From: a virus
Reading direction: 5' to 3' (one strand)
IMG/VR virus record: IMGVR_UViG_3300006028_000002
Span: 24,064 to 88,063 of that record
Length of the DNA: 64,000 nucleotides
This document shows positions 8,877-17,378 of this stretch, in pieces; the first letter of the stretch is position 1, and the number at the start of each line of letters is the position of its first letter. The notes beneath the pieces were generated by a model. The model had not been told where the DNA came from. It worked only from the letters and a program-made list of their open reading frames with translations, and made no database searches. The position numbers were made by a program, and so were the translations under genes.

Positions 8877-8977
8877 GAGGTGATGCATGTCAGATCCCAC
8901 GGGAGACCAGATAGGTGATCTCATCGATGAGGAGACCGCGCAAGCTGAGCACGATACGTTGAGCGGAGGCTAGATCG

Positions 8978-9232
8978 ATGATCGCGTTGCGCGAGCAGGC
9001 CAAAGAACTGGCGCCGCAGTTGCCTGACCCCGGTGCCTTGGTATTACGTGCCAAGCTGGCCGGGGGAACGTCGTGGCTATTGTGGCTGATTACCGCGGCG
9101 GCCTGCGGGATGATTGCTTGGCAGACCGGTCAAATCCTGGCCACCCAGCGCAGGGTGCGCGAGATCCTGGAAAGAATGGAGGATAACCAGGTGCTCTCCG
9201 GTGGTCGCTCAGTGAGAGAGTACAGCCGGTAA
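8978..9232 (+). CDS. Single-TM hypothetical protein
   Basis: RBS ggagg; one hydrophobic helix. Confidence 0.6.
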   Translation: MIALREQAKELAPQLPDPGALVLRAKLAGGTSWLLWLITAAACGMIAWQTGQILATQRRVREILERMEDNQVLSGGRSVREYSR

Positions 9233-9240
9233 CACCATCC

Positions 9241-9275
9241 CCCCGGTCACGGGATACTGATTCCCATGACCGGGG
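9241..9275. other. Intergenic stem-loop
   Basis: CCCCGGTCA-CGGGA...TCCCA-TGACCGGGG. Confidence 0.55.
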
Positions 9276-9293
9276 GTACCCAGTGGAGGAGAC

Positions 9294-9596
9294 ATGAATT
9301 TTAAGGATGCAGCGAAGATTGCTATTGAGGCCGCATGGGATGGCTATCGAACGCACCCGGCGGGAACCACCGTCACCCGTACCGTAGGGCCGTTGCATAT
9401 GGGACTCGTGACCGAGCCCACGATGGCTGACGTTGACCGGTGCTATTCGGTGCACGGAGTAGCGAGCGCGCGGGATCCCATGGTGCTGGTGCAATGGGGG
9501 GTCGGGCAGCGCAGCTGGGAATACACCCAGGATCTCCGGATCATCCCGGCCAACAACAACCCGCAACCCCGTGACATTCAGGCCGAGAAACCATGA
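9294..9596 (+). CDS. Hypothetical protein
   Basis: RBS ggagga; ATGA overlap with next gene. Confidence 0.7.
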   Translation: MNFKDAAKIAIEAAWDGYRTHPAGTTVTRTVGPLHMGLVTEPTMADVDRCYSVHGVASARDPMVLVQWGVGQRSWEYTQDLRIIPANNNPQPRDIQAEKP

Positions 9597-9931
9597 CATC
9601 CGTGATGGATCCGCACCGACCGGGGCGACTACCGCCGGGTGGGAAAACACACCGCCCGAATGAATGGCCACGCTGTCTCTCGCCTGCGCACGGCAATCCC
9701 GGACCCCGGGTACCACCCTCAGCTATTCACCCGTTTTGCGAACGCGCGGGCGAATACGGCGCGTTCTACGCCGCGGCGCACACCCATGGCCCACCGTGCT
9801 GCCCCGGCGAATGTGGCGGGTGCGGGGTGTGTCTCGATCGGGTCGCCAGCATGTGTGATCGCTGCGCCGTGTGCGAAGGCTGCTGCCCGGGTCATGGCAA
9901 AGACGGCAAAGATGAGACCGGTGGACAATGA
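9593..9931 (+). CDS. Cys-rich protein, paralog of 9928-10251
   Basis: PCCPGECGGCGVCLDRVASMCDRCAVCEGCCPGH. Confidence 0.7.
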   Translation: MTSVMDPHRPGRLPPGGKTHRPNEWPRCLSPAHGNPGPRVPPSAIHPFCERAGEYGAFYAAAHTHGPPCCPGECGGCGVCLDRVASMCDRCAVCEGCCPGHGKDGKDETGGQ

Positions 9932-10251
9932 TGGGCCGGCACTCGCGCAACGGCACAACGGATCGCTCGGAATGGGTACCGTGCCGTGCGCACGATTGCT
10001 GGGTACGCGTGCCGGTGGCAGCCATTCACCGTAGCCCCGGGTGTTTCCGGGCAATGGCCGGAGCAGCGCTGCTGGAGGCGGTCCGCAGACATCCGGTGCC
10101 ATGCTGCCCGGGTAGCTGCCTCGGTTGCGATCGGTGCCTCGATCGGTTGGGATATCCGCAGCACTGGTGCATACGCTGTGACCGCTGCATCAATTGTTGC
10201 CCGGGACATGAGAAAGGTATGGCCAATGGAGGGACCGCAGGTAATGAATAA
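9928..10251 (+). CDS. Cys-rich protein, paralog of 9593-9931
   Basis: PCCPGSCLGCDRCLDRLGYPQHWCIRCDRCINCCPGH; ATGA overlap. Confidence 0.7.
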   Translation: MMGRHSRNGTTDRSEWVPCRAHDCWVRVPVAAIHRSPGCFRAMAGAALLEAVRRHPVPCCPGSCLGCDRCLDRLGYPQHWCIRCDRCINCCPGHEKGMANGGTAGNE

Positions 10252-10627
10252 TACCGAGCTTCATTTGCTGCGGCAGACATTCCACTCCTATGTGGACGTC
10301 GCGCCAGTGGAGAAACTGATGGAGCTGGTGCGCTACCTCGCGGGTGCCCATCCCCGTTACCGGAATCAATTCGAGTGGCTGCACGTTGTGTGCCAGGCGG
10401 AGGGTGATGCGGCACCTATTCCGGCGCCCCTGGTGCTCTGTGAGGAGATCTATGACGAGCTGGAGGCCCTGGATCACATCCTGCGCTGGGTGTTGACGCA
10501 GACGGACAATAGGGCGTACCGCGCGGACATCCGCAAGCACCGCCGTGTCCTGGAACGCCTGCACAAACAGTTAGGCTTACGGCACGTGGCACCCCGACCG
10601 GTACCGGAAAGCGAGAAGATTAAATGA
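10244..10627 (+). CDS. Hypothetical helical protein
   Basis: MNNTELHLL start overlapping previous stop; RBS ggagg. Confidence 0.6.
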   Translation: MNNTELHLLRQTFHSYVDVAPVEKLMELVRYLAGAHPRYRNQFEWLHVVCQAEGDAAPIPAPLVLCEEIYDELEALDHILRWVLTQTDNRAYRADIRKHRRVLERLHKQLGLRHVAPRPVPESEKIK

Positions 10628-10962
10628 CCGTGGCCAGCCTGACCACTCCCCAACAGCGGCCCCGCGAACTGCTGGGATTCATCTCGATTGCGGCGATGTT
10701 CGGCGTCACCCCCAACACGGTGTACGTATGGATCAGCCGGGGCAACGATCCCGACTGGCCGGGGGTGCCGCCGTTTCCCGAGCCCGACTACGTGACGCGT
10801 ACAGGGAGCGGACTGGTGCTGAGCTGGGAACCCGAGCGGGAACCGGAGATCCGGGCCTGGAGAAAGAGGCTACCCGGGCGGGGCTGGCGGAAAGGCAAGC
10901 GGGGGGATCCGCGCGTTATCCAGAGGAAAGGCACAAGCCATGACCGAATCGAAACCACCTAA
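10624..10962 (+). CDS. AlpA/excisionase-like HTH DNA-binding protein
   Basis: LLGFISIAAMFGVTPNTVYVW...FPEPD...LSW. Confidence 0.75.
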   Translation: MTVASLTTPQQRPRELLGFISIAAMFGVTPNTVYVWISRGNDPDWPGVPPFPEPDYVTRTGSGLVLSWEPEREPEIRAWRKRLPGRGWRKGKRGDPRVIQRKGTSHDRIETT

Positions 10963-11161
10963 AGCCGCAGTAGAACGGCATCACGAGCCCTACATCATCA
11001 CGGGCGCTAGCGGCGATTTCCACCAGGCACGCTGCGACACCCCCGGATGCACATGGGAGAGCCCCGAATTCGATGGCCGCCGATACCTCGCCGAGAATGC
11101 CGCAGAGGAACACATCAGAGCATGTGCCTACTGGCCCGGGACGGCACCGCATGTCGACTGA
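10940..11161 (+). CDS. Small zinc-binding hypothetical protein
   Basis: ARCDTPGCTWES...AEEH; RBS gaaagg. Confidence 0.6.
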   Translation: MTESKPPKAAVERHHEPYIITGASGDFHQARCDTPGCTWESPEFDGRRYLAENAAEEHIRACAYWPGTAPHVD

Positions 11162-11411
11162 TCCTATGACCCGTAGGCAGGAGCGTCTCATCGAGGGATA
11201 CGGACGCTATGATCCGCCGCACCAGGATCACATCGGCTGCCCTCGCGCCAAAACAGATATGACGCCCTGCGTCGCCCGGGACGGCATCGCCGCGTGCGGG
11301 GATAATCACCGTTGCATCGGTTGCCAACGGCACCCAGCTGAGTTGCTCACTGAACTGGTGCGCACCGTCACGTCACTGGTGCTACTGGCCAACGAAACGG
11401 ATTTGCTGTGA
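11151..11411 (+). CDS. Cys-containing hypothetical protein
   Basis: CPRAKTDMTPCVARDG...CIGC. Confidence 0.6.
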   Translation: MSTDPMTRRQERLIEGYGRYDPPHQDHIGCPRAKTDMTPCVARDGIAACGDNHRCIGCQRHPAELLTELVRTVTSLVLLANETDLL

Positions 11412-11572
11412 TGACATCGCGCGTATGGGTAATCCCTCTTTTTGCGGCGGTGTGCGGTAGTTGCTTAGCGATGCTCACCTACGCGTTGGGCGCACCGTTT
11501 GTGGTGGCTCTGATCATGTCTATTTCTGTGACGTTGTTCGTGGGATTCATGATGTTGCTGATCATAAGCTGA
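11411..11572 (+). CDS. Small 2-TM membrane protein (53 aa)
   Basis: TGATG overlap; MTSRVWVIPLFAAVCG...FVGFMMLLIIS. Confidence 0.55.
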   Translation: MTSRVWVIPLFAAVCGSCLAMLTYALGAPFVVALIMSISVTLFVGFMMLLIIS

Positions 11573-11591
11573 AATGGAGTTGCTGTGAATG

Positions 11592-12758
11592 CTAGGGCTG
11601 GTACATCCGGCCGCTGTTGATCCAACCCCGGGCCCGTGGCCAGCGCGTCGCCAGATGCAGCACGGTGCGCTGCCGCGCTCGATCCACCCGATTCTGCGGG
11701 GTCATGAAACGCATGGTGGCGGTCACGTCGCGCTGGTCACGCAGCAATGCCGGGATCCGTTGGGTGGTGTAGCTGCGCAGAATCTCGGGCGACATATCAC
11801 CGGTGATCACCCGGGCCAGTCGCGGTGCCAGGCACGCTACGTCGGCAATACCTGAGTTGAGCCCGCGTGCCCCGAAAGGCGCTACCAGGTGCGCGGCGTC
11901 CCCGGCGAAAAACACACGCGGTCGGGTAGTGGGGTAGTGCAGTTGCGGGAGGAGCCGCTGGTGGAATCGGTAGACGGAGGACCACACGAGTCGGTACGGG
12001 ATCGAGCCGAACAACTGATCCAGCTTGACGCGCGCCAAGGTGTCGATGACTTCCGGGTCGATACCGCGTCCCAGCTGCCAGTCAACTCGCCAGATGTTGC
12101 TGGGTTGGGGATGGATGAGCACGGTGGACCCCGGATGGCATGGGTGGTCGAAATGGAATCGCGGTTCAGCTGGCCAGTCGACTGCGGCACGCACGTCGGT
12201 GATGAGGAACTGATCGGGGTAGGAGGCCCCTGGAAACGGCAGGCGCATTGCCTCGCGCATCGTGGAACGGCACCCATCGGCGGCCACCACGTAGCGGAAG
12301 TTACAGGTACGCAGTGAAGGATCGCCGGTATCGACGGCCAGCGTCACCGAGGCATCATCCACGCCGAGCCCGACCACCCGGCATCTCCAGCACAGCTCAA
12401 TGAGTTCGGATGCCTCTGCCGCATCGAGCAGCAACGTCTCCAGCGCACTCTGCGGGTAGTTGGTCCACAGTGGCAGCTCACCCGGCGCCGGCTCGGGCAG
12501 GATCAGGGTGTGCACCTCGGCCTCGCGGTAGAAGGTGCGCCGTACCCGCCACGCAACGCCGCCCCCCACGATGAATGACGTCACCCCCAACGGTTCCCAC
12601 GTCGTCAGGGCCGAGCGGTGCAGCGCGATGGCTCGGGAACCCACGCACCCCCGCTCGCCGGCATCCAGCACGGTGCTGGGCACCCCGCGGCGGGCCAGCT
12701 CCAGCGCCAGCGTCAACCCGACCGGACCTGCGCCGACAATGCCCACGGGTGCGCTCAC
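11592..12758 (-). CDS. FAD-dependent monooxygenase (class A, PheA/TfdB-like)
   Basis: VGAGPVGL Rossmann motif, VAADGCRS, FAGDAAH..PFGARGLNSGIAD. Confidence 0.92.
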   Translation of the reverse strand: MSAPVGIVGAGPVGLTLALELARRGVPSTVLDAGERGCVGSRAIALHRSALTTWEPLGVTSFIVGGGVAWRVRRTFYREAEVHTLILPEPAPGELPLWTNYPQSALETLLLDAAEASELIELCWRCRVVGLGVDDASVTLAVDTGDPSLRTCNFRYVVAADGCRSTMREAMRLPFPGASYPDQFLITDVRAAVDWPAEPRFHFDHPCHPGSTVLIHPQPSNIWRVDWQLGRGIDPEVIDTLARVKLDQLFGSIPYRLVWSSVYRFHQRLLPQLHYPTTRPRVFFAGDAAHLVAPFGARGLNSGIADVACLAPRLARVITGDMSPEILRSYTTQRIPALLRDQRDVTATMRFMTPQNRVDRARQRTVLHLATRWPRARGWINSGRMYQP

Positions 12759-12945
12759 GGCGCGGGAGCATAGCGGTGCGTTTATCAGCCACTACCCGGT
12801 GTGGCGTGCGCACGTCTTAAAGTCCGGTTAGGGGGATCTTAGTGCTGACTTAGTCCTGACCGCGTGCGCACGGCTAAGCCTCGGTTTCGTCACTTTTCCA
12901 CAACCTCATCGTTAGTCGGGCACCCGGTGCTCGGGAGGGGGATTC

Positions 12946-14277
12946 ATGGCTTACCGTCGCAGCTTTCGCATCGCCGCAGCCCTGCTGGCGTGTCTGGGAC
13001 TACTGTCTTGCACCCCGGCGAACGTGCGCAGCTACCGACCGGCCGCCGCAGCGGCCCCCACATTCGATCACGTTCTGTACTGGGATTCGGTGCTGCTCGA
13101 TGCCTTCCGCCGAGCCGGCGGTCCCCCCACCACGCTCACCCGAGCCGCCGCGATCATGCATGTGGCCATGTACGATGCCGCCAATTCGATCACTCCGATC
13201 GGCACCCCGTACCTGGCCCGTTATCCGGGTGGGGGCAGTCTGGACGCCGAGATGGACCGGGCGGCCTACGACAGTTTGCGCGGCGTGTTCCCCGACCAGG
13301 ACATGCTCACCCCCTATCTGCTCGCCCAGCCGGCCAACTCGACAACCCTGCTGGCCAGTGACAGCCCGGGTGCGCGCTCGGCTGCCGCGGTGCTTGCCAA
13401 CCGATTCGATGACGGCGGCAACGCGCCCATGACCTATGCCGCGGTGCAGTCCCCCGGGCATTGGCGACCCACCGGATCCGGCGAGGCAGCCAGTCCCGAG
13501 TGGGGCAGCGTCAAACCGTGGACCATGACCGCTGCCGACCAGTTCCGGCCACCCGATCCGCTCGGGTACAGCGATGGTGCGGCGATGCTGCGCAGCAAGG
13601 CGTACGCCGATCAGGTACGCGAGGTATCAAGTCTAGGTCGGTGGAACTCAACTACTCGAACGGCTGACCAGACCAACATCGCGCGGTTTTGGGCGGAGGA
13701 TGTCGACGGCACCGAGAAGCCCCCCGGCCAGCTGTTGGCTTTTACCCAGATCATCGCGCGTAATCACGGCTTGACCGAGGCACAGAACGCCCGGCTGTTC
13801 GCGCTGACATCAATGGGCCTGGCCGATGCGGCGATCACCGCCTGGCAGCGCAAGTACTACTCGCCGCTCAACGTATGGCGGCCCGAGACGGCGATCCAGC
13901 AGGCCGACCTTGACGACAATCCGGCCACCGTCGCCGACCGGGACTGGCACCCGCTATCGAGCGATGCCAATGGCGTGCCGTTCACCCCACCTTTCCCCAG
14001 CTACACGTCCGGGCATTCCACCATGGGCGGTGCCTGGTCAGCGGTGATGGACGGTTTCTTTGGTACCGACCGGGATAGTTTCATCGGCACCAGCGATGAC
14101 ATCCACTGCATTGGCTGCACCCGGGTGTACGGAAGCTACACGCAGGCCGGATTCGAGGACGCCATCAGCCGGGTCTTCAACGGCGTTCATTACAAAATGG
14201 ATTGTATCGAGGGTTACAATTCTGGGCGCAAGGTGGGGGCGTGGACGGTCAATCGCTACCTGCTGCCAGCTCGTTAG
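12946..14277 (+). CDS. Exported vanadium-dependent haloperoxidase (PAP2 superfamily)
   Basis: Signal-peptide-like N-terminus; KYY...WRP, PPFPSYTSGH, SRVFNGVHY active-site motifs; FWA..PPG. Confidence 0.88.
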   Translation: MAYRRSFRIAAALLACLGLLSCTPANVRSYRPAAAAAPTFDHVLYWDSVLLDAFRRAGGPPTTLTRAAAIMHVAMYDAANSITPIGTPYLARYPGGGSLDAEMDRAAYDSLRGVFPDQDMLTPYLLAQPANSTTLLASDSPGARSAAAVLANRFDDGGNAPMTYAAVQSPGHWRPTGSGEAASPEWGSVKPWTMTAADQFRPPDPLGYSDGAAMLRSKAYADQVREVSSLGRWNSTTRTADQTNIARFWAEDVDGTEKPPGQLLAFTQIIARNHGLTEAQNARLFALTSMGLADAAITAWQRKYYSPLNVWRPETAIQQADLDDNPATVADRDWHPLSSDANGVPFTPPFPSYTSGHSTMGGAWSAVMDGFFGTDRDSFIGTSDDIHCIGCTRVYGSYTQAGFEDAISRVFNGVHYKMDCIEGYNSGRKVGAWTVNRYLLPAR

Positions 14278-14866
14278 TGCTCCCCATGATGGCCTGATAG
14301 TACCGATCTGAGATGGCTTGACGATCGTACGGGTTACCACGTTTCTTAGCCCAGTGCACTGTGTAGCGTGTCTTCTCACATGCTAGACACTCCCGATGAT
14401 TATTTTTCAGTGCTTGAGGCGATAGATTGGGCGCGCGTAATGCATGACCGTATGGGCAGTGTGTGCGCTTCTGCATATGATGCTTGCCATTACGGGACCG
14501 GTCGCGCATGTTGTCGGCACGAGTGCCCCAGTACAGGTTTGTGTCCACGTTGTTTTCTGGATCGTCGTCTCGATGGCAACTTTCGTGGTTATCGGGGCAT
14601 GGGCCCACGAAGGCTGTCAACACGAGAACATGAACTAGGCAGCATGTACGTTCTCCAGCGACACACAAAGATACTCGTTGGTGTGCGGTTTGTTTGTTTG
14701 CGTACGCCTTGAGTACTCGGCCTGGGCGTAGTGATGTCTGGTCACAGTGCGGGTTGTAAACCATCCGATCCAAGCTGCGGACACGGCCGAGGTTTGATAC
14801 CTCATAGAATCCCTCGAAACCGACAACAGGTAGCCAGCGCTCGATCACACTGCTAAGATCTTCCAC
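14249..14866 (-). CDS. NUMOD4-HNH homing endonuclease
   Basis: ERWLPVVGFEGFYEVSNLGRVRS; VHVLVLTAFVG; CHRDDDPENN..NLYWGT; THCPYGH. Confidence 0.9.
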   Translation of the reverse strand: MEDLSSVIERWLPVVGFEGFYEVSNLGRVRSLDRMVYNPHCDQTSLRPGRVLKAYANKQTAHQRVSLCVAGERTCCLVHVLVLTAFVGPCPDNHESCHRDDDPENNVDTNLYWGTRADNMRDRSRNGKHHMQKRTHCPYGHALRAPNLSPQALKNNHRECLACEKTRYTVHWAKKRGNPYDRQAISDRYYQAIMGSTNELAAGSD

Positions 14867-14958
14867 GTTCGACTCCCAGAAGTCGGATCACTGCCCTGGG
14901 CTTGTTAGCGCAAGCGCCGGGGCACCTAACTCTGACCGTAGCAGAGGTCGGTGGTTTA

Positions 14959-15135
14959 GTGCTCGACTGGGATGACGCCGAGTTGGCCCGCAAGATTCGG
15001 GAGTGGGCGATGCGTGCCCGTCCCAACGCTGCCGCACTACGCCGGGTCTGCGCCGAGTTCGAGCTGACCGAGCTGGCCGATGAGCTGCTCGCCGAGCGCG
15101 CTGCCGAGCAACCCGAGCTGGAGACCTCCGCCTGA
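14959..15135 (+). CDS. Hypothetical protein
   Basis: VLDWDDAELARKIREW...; GC3-rich codons; start uncertain. Confidence 0.5.
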   Translation: MLDWDDAELARKIREWAMRARPNAAALRRVCAEFELTELADELLAERAAEQPELETSA

Positions 15136-15244
15136 TTGGCGCCTTTCCTCCCGCTATATGCCCGTGGCTGAAGGCTGCGCTGCCACCAGCGCTGCTCCAT
15201 TAGCGTGAATCTTGCAACGCGTAGCCCGTACCTGGTCAGAGGGC

Positions 15245-15273
15245 TTGTAAAACGTAACCAGTCGCAGTACAGT
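15245..15273 (+). promoter_or_regulatory. SigA-type promoter
   Basis: TTGTAA-N17-TACAGT. Confidence 0.7.
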
Positions 15274-15279
15274 AAAGGT

Positions 15280-15525
15280 ACAACAGAAAATGAGAAAAGC
15301 CGAAAGGCCCCCAGTCCCTTAACAACTCAAAAGGTTCCCGATCACCGGAAGCATCGGGGGTGTGCGGGTAGCTAACGTGAACTGGACCCGCCCAGCACAC
15401 CAGCTGAGATCCCGCTCCGGCTAGCCCCCCTGAACCACACCCGCTCGAAACGCGCAACTATTAGCCCGGACAAACACGGGAAGCATCTAGACGCAGCCGA
15501 GAGCGGGTCCACCTAAACATTCAAC
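15280..15525 (+). ncRNA. Candidate structured ncRNA or long 5' leader
   Basis: No ORF; GCCGAAAGGC GNRA hairpin and nested stems GGTTC/GAACC, CCGAT/ATCGG, GTGTGC/GCACAC, GCGGGT/ACCCGC, CCCGCTC/GAGCGGG, CCCG/CGGG. Confidence 0.6.
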
Positions 15526-15529
15526 GCTT

Positions 15530-15740
15530 AGAATCGAGACATCATGACTACCGCCTATCGGGTGATAGCTAAAGCTAGGCGCGGATATGATATCCCTGAC
15601 TGGTACAGCAGTAAGTCTTGTACTTGGGATCAAGCACAGCAGCTAGTGGAAAAACTACACCAATGGTGCGATGACCCGGCAATCCTCACGATCAATATCA
15701 AAGAATGCACCGAATAGTACTAAGAATCGAGACATCATGA
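15530..15740 (+). repeat. Two identical 18-bp start-associated sequences
   Basis: AGAATCGAGACATCATGA at 15530-15547 and 15723-15740, each containing the ATG. Confidence 0.8.
15544..15717 (+). CDS. Hypothetical protein (57 aa)
   Basis: MTTAYRVIAKARRGYDIPDWY...; starts in the 18-bp repeat. Confidence 0.6.
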   Translation: MTTAYRVIAKARRGYDIPDWYSSKSCTWDQAQQLVEKLHQWCDDPAILTINIKECTE

Positions 15741-15943
15741 GGTCTACACAGATATATCGAATCCGCATCGATCAAATAGAACCTAGCCTAGTTCGCACCC
15801 AGGTGGAAGCCTGGCGAGTGGCTGCAAATTCTCAAGATGAGGCATTTGCTATCGGCCAACGCTACTGGACTGAGTGGATGCATCAGCATCCGGGTACGAT
15901 CAGCTCATTGAGTATCAATCAGCCAAGTCACAGTGAGATGTAA
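15737..15943 (+). CDS. Hypothetical protein
   Basis: MRSTQIYRIRID...; starts in the second 18-bp repeat. Confidence 0.6.
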   Translation: MRSTQIYRIRIDQIEPSLVRTQVEAWRVAANSQDEAFAIGQRYWTEWMHQHPGTISSLSINQPSHSEM

Positions 15944-15971
15944 GATTGCTCGATAGGGAGATAGATCATAC

Positions 15972-16169
15972 ATGGCACATCTCGTTTTCATGGCCCTGCG
16001 ATCGGAACAACACATTGATATGGGTGGTTCCTGCGGCCACACTTCACCGGACGGTTTCTTTGATGATTGTCTGTGCCGAGATGGTTGGTACATTCCGGCC
16101 GGCATCGAAGACGGGTACACCGCAGGTTACTGCGACCGTAACCACACATATGATAATGCTCCGTTTTAA
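15972..16169 (+). CDS. Hypothetical protein
   Basis: RBS gggag; CLCRDGW...YC. Confidence 0.55.
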   Translation: MAHLVFMALRSEQHIDMGGSCGHTSPDGFFDDCLCRDGWYIPAGIEDGYTAGYCDRNHTYDNAPF

Positions 16170-16193
16170 TAAGAAACCAAGAACGGAGTAATC

Positions 16194-16367
16194 ATGAGCA
16201 CGATGCCGACCGGCCAGCCCAATCCCCATCCGTCCGGGCTGGCCTGGTATCGGCTGCGCTCCGGTGAGTGGGTGCAAGCCGCTGCTGACGATCCGCGCTG
16301 GATGAAAGGCGCCACCCGCAACCATAGACGCAAGTCCCCCCGCAAAGCAAAGCGAGATGATCGATGA
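16194..16367 (+). CDS. Hypothetical protein (57 aa)
   Basis: RBS ggag; ATGA overlap with next gene. Confidence 0.55.
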   Translation: MSTMPTGQPNPHPSGLAWYRLRSGEWVQAAADDPRWMKGATRNHRRKSPRKAKRDDR

Positions 16368-16558
16368 CTGATCCCACCCTGCCCCGCGTGTTCGTCAAAA
16401 GTACGGGCCGCTGGGAATACCAGAAGATCTGCGCTAACCCGGACTGCCCGGTGCGGACGTTCACCTCATTCCGCCGGGACACCAAATACCACCACGTGAA
16501 CTGCCGTATGGCCGCATCCCGGCGACGGCGCGCGGAGAATCACCCGAACAGCACGTAA
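16364..16558 (+). CDS. Small zinc-finger DNA-binding protein (CGNR-like)
   Basis: CANPDC..F...KYHHVNCRMAASRRRR. Confidence 0.65.
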   Translation: MTDPTLPRVFVKSTGRWEYQKICANPDCPVRTFTSFRRDTKYHHVNCRMAASRRRRAENHPNST

Positions 16559-16685
16559 CACCCAGACCTCGCCATCCGATAAGGATCCTCCTGCGCCCCC
16601 TGGTATCGGCGTGCGCACGGCTACATAGTCTTGTCGGTGGCAGCGCTCGTCAGGCAGCGCCCCCAACCCCCTCGGAGATGACCCC

Positions 16686-17351
16686 ATGACCAGCACCGAC
16701 ACCCTCACCCGCGAGCGTTGGCTAGAGCTCGCGATCGACACCTACTGGCGCCCCCGGTTCGCCGAGCTCGGCTACCCCCTGCCCGAGCGCTTTCACGTCT
16801 CGGTGGGTTTCGGCCACGGCGCCAAGCGGGAATCCGCGAACATCGAGGCGCAGTGCTGGTCCCGCACGGCCAGCGCCGATGCCGTCAACCACATTTTCAT
16901 CTGCCCCACCGTGGCCAGCACCACACACGTACTCGCCCTGCTGGGCCATGAGCTGGCGCACGCCGCGCTCGATTCGGATGCCGGGATCCAGGACGGCCAC
17001 GTAAAGCGGTTCGCCGCGATCATGACGCAGCTCGGTTTCGAGGGTCCGATGACCTCAACGCAGACCACCGCGGAGCTGGAGGTAGACCTGGTGATCGTGG
17101 CCACCGAGCTGGGCGACTACCCGCACGGCGCGCTTGATGTCACCCGGGCCCGCACCCGCACCGAGGTACCGGTGCCCCGCGGTGGTGGCGGTGGCGGTCC
17201 CAAAATCCGCACCGGTCCCCCGCCGCAGCGCTCGCGCCGCATCAAGTGCGAATGCCCGTGCTGCGGGTACGCGGTCGACACGACGCGAAAGTGGATCGCC
17301 CTCGGTGCGCCGCGCTGCCCAGGTGGCACCGAAATGTTGATCCTCAGCTGA
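16686..17351 (+). CDS. SprT-like zinc metallopeptidase with C-terminal zinc ribbon
   Basis: HELAH (HExxH), GH...F, KCECPCCGY...RCP. Confidence 0.8.
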   Translation: MTSTDTLTRERWLELAIDTYWRPRFAELGYPLPERFHVSVGFGHGAKRESANIEAQCWSRTASADAVNHIFICPTVASTTHVLALLGHELAHAALDSDAGIQDGHVKRFAAIMTQLGFEGPMTSTQTTAELEVDLVIVATELGDYPHGALDVTRARTRTEVPVPRGGGGGGPKIRTGPPPQRSRRIKCECPCCGYAVDTTRKWIALGAPRCPGGTEMLILS

Positions 17352-17378
17352 ATCAACCTCCTAAGAGATGAGAAACGC

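Noticed and set aside
14860-14885. GTTCGACTCCC as a tRNA T-loop
   Set aside because: No T-stem pairing or cloverleaf; overlaps the HNH start. No tRNA was found by eye in the window.
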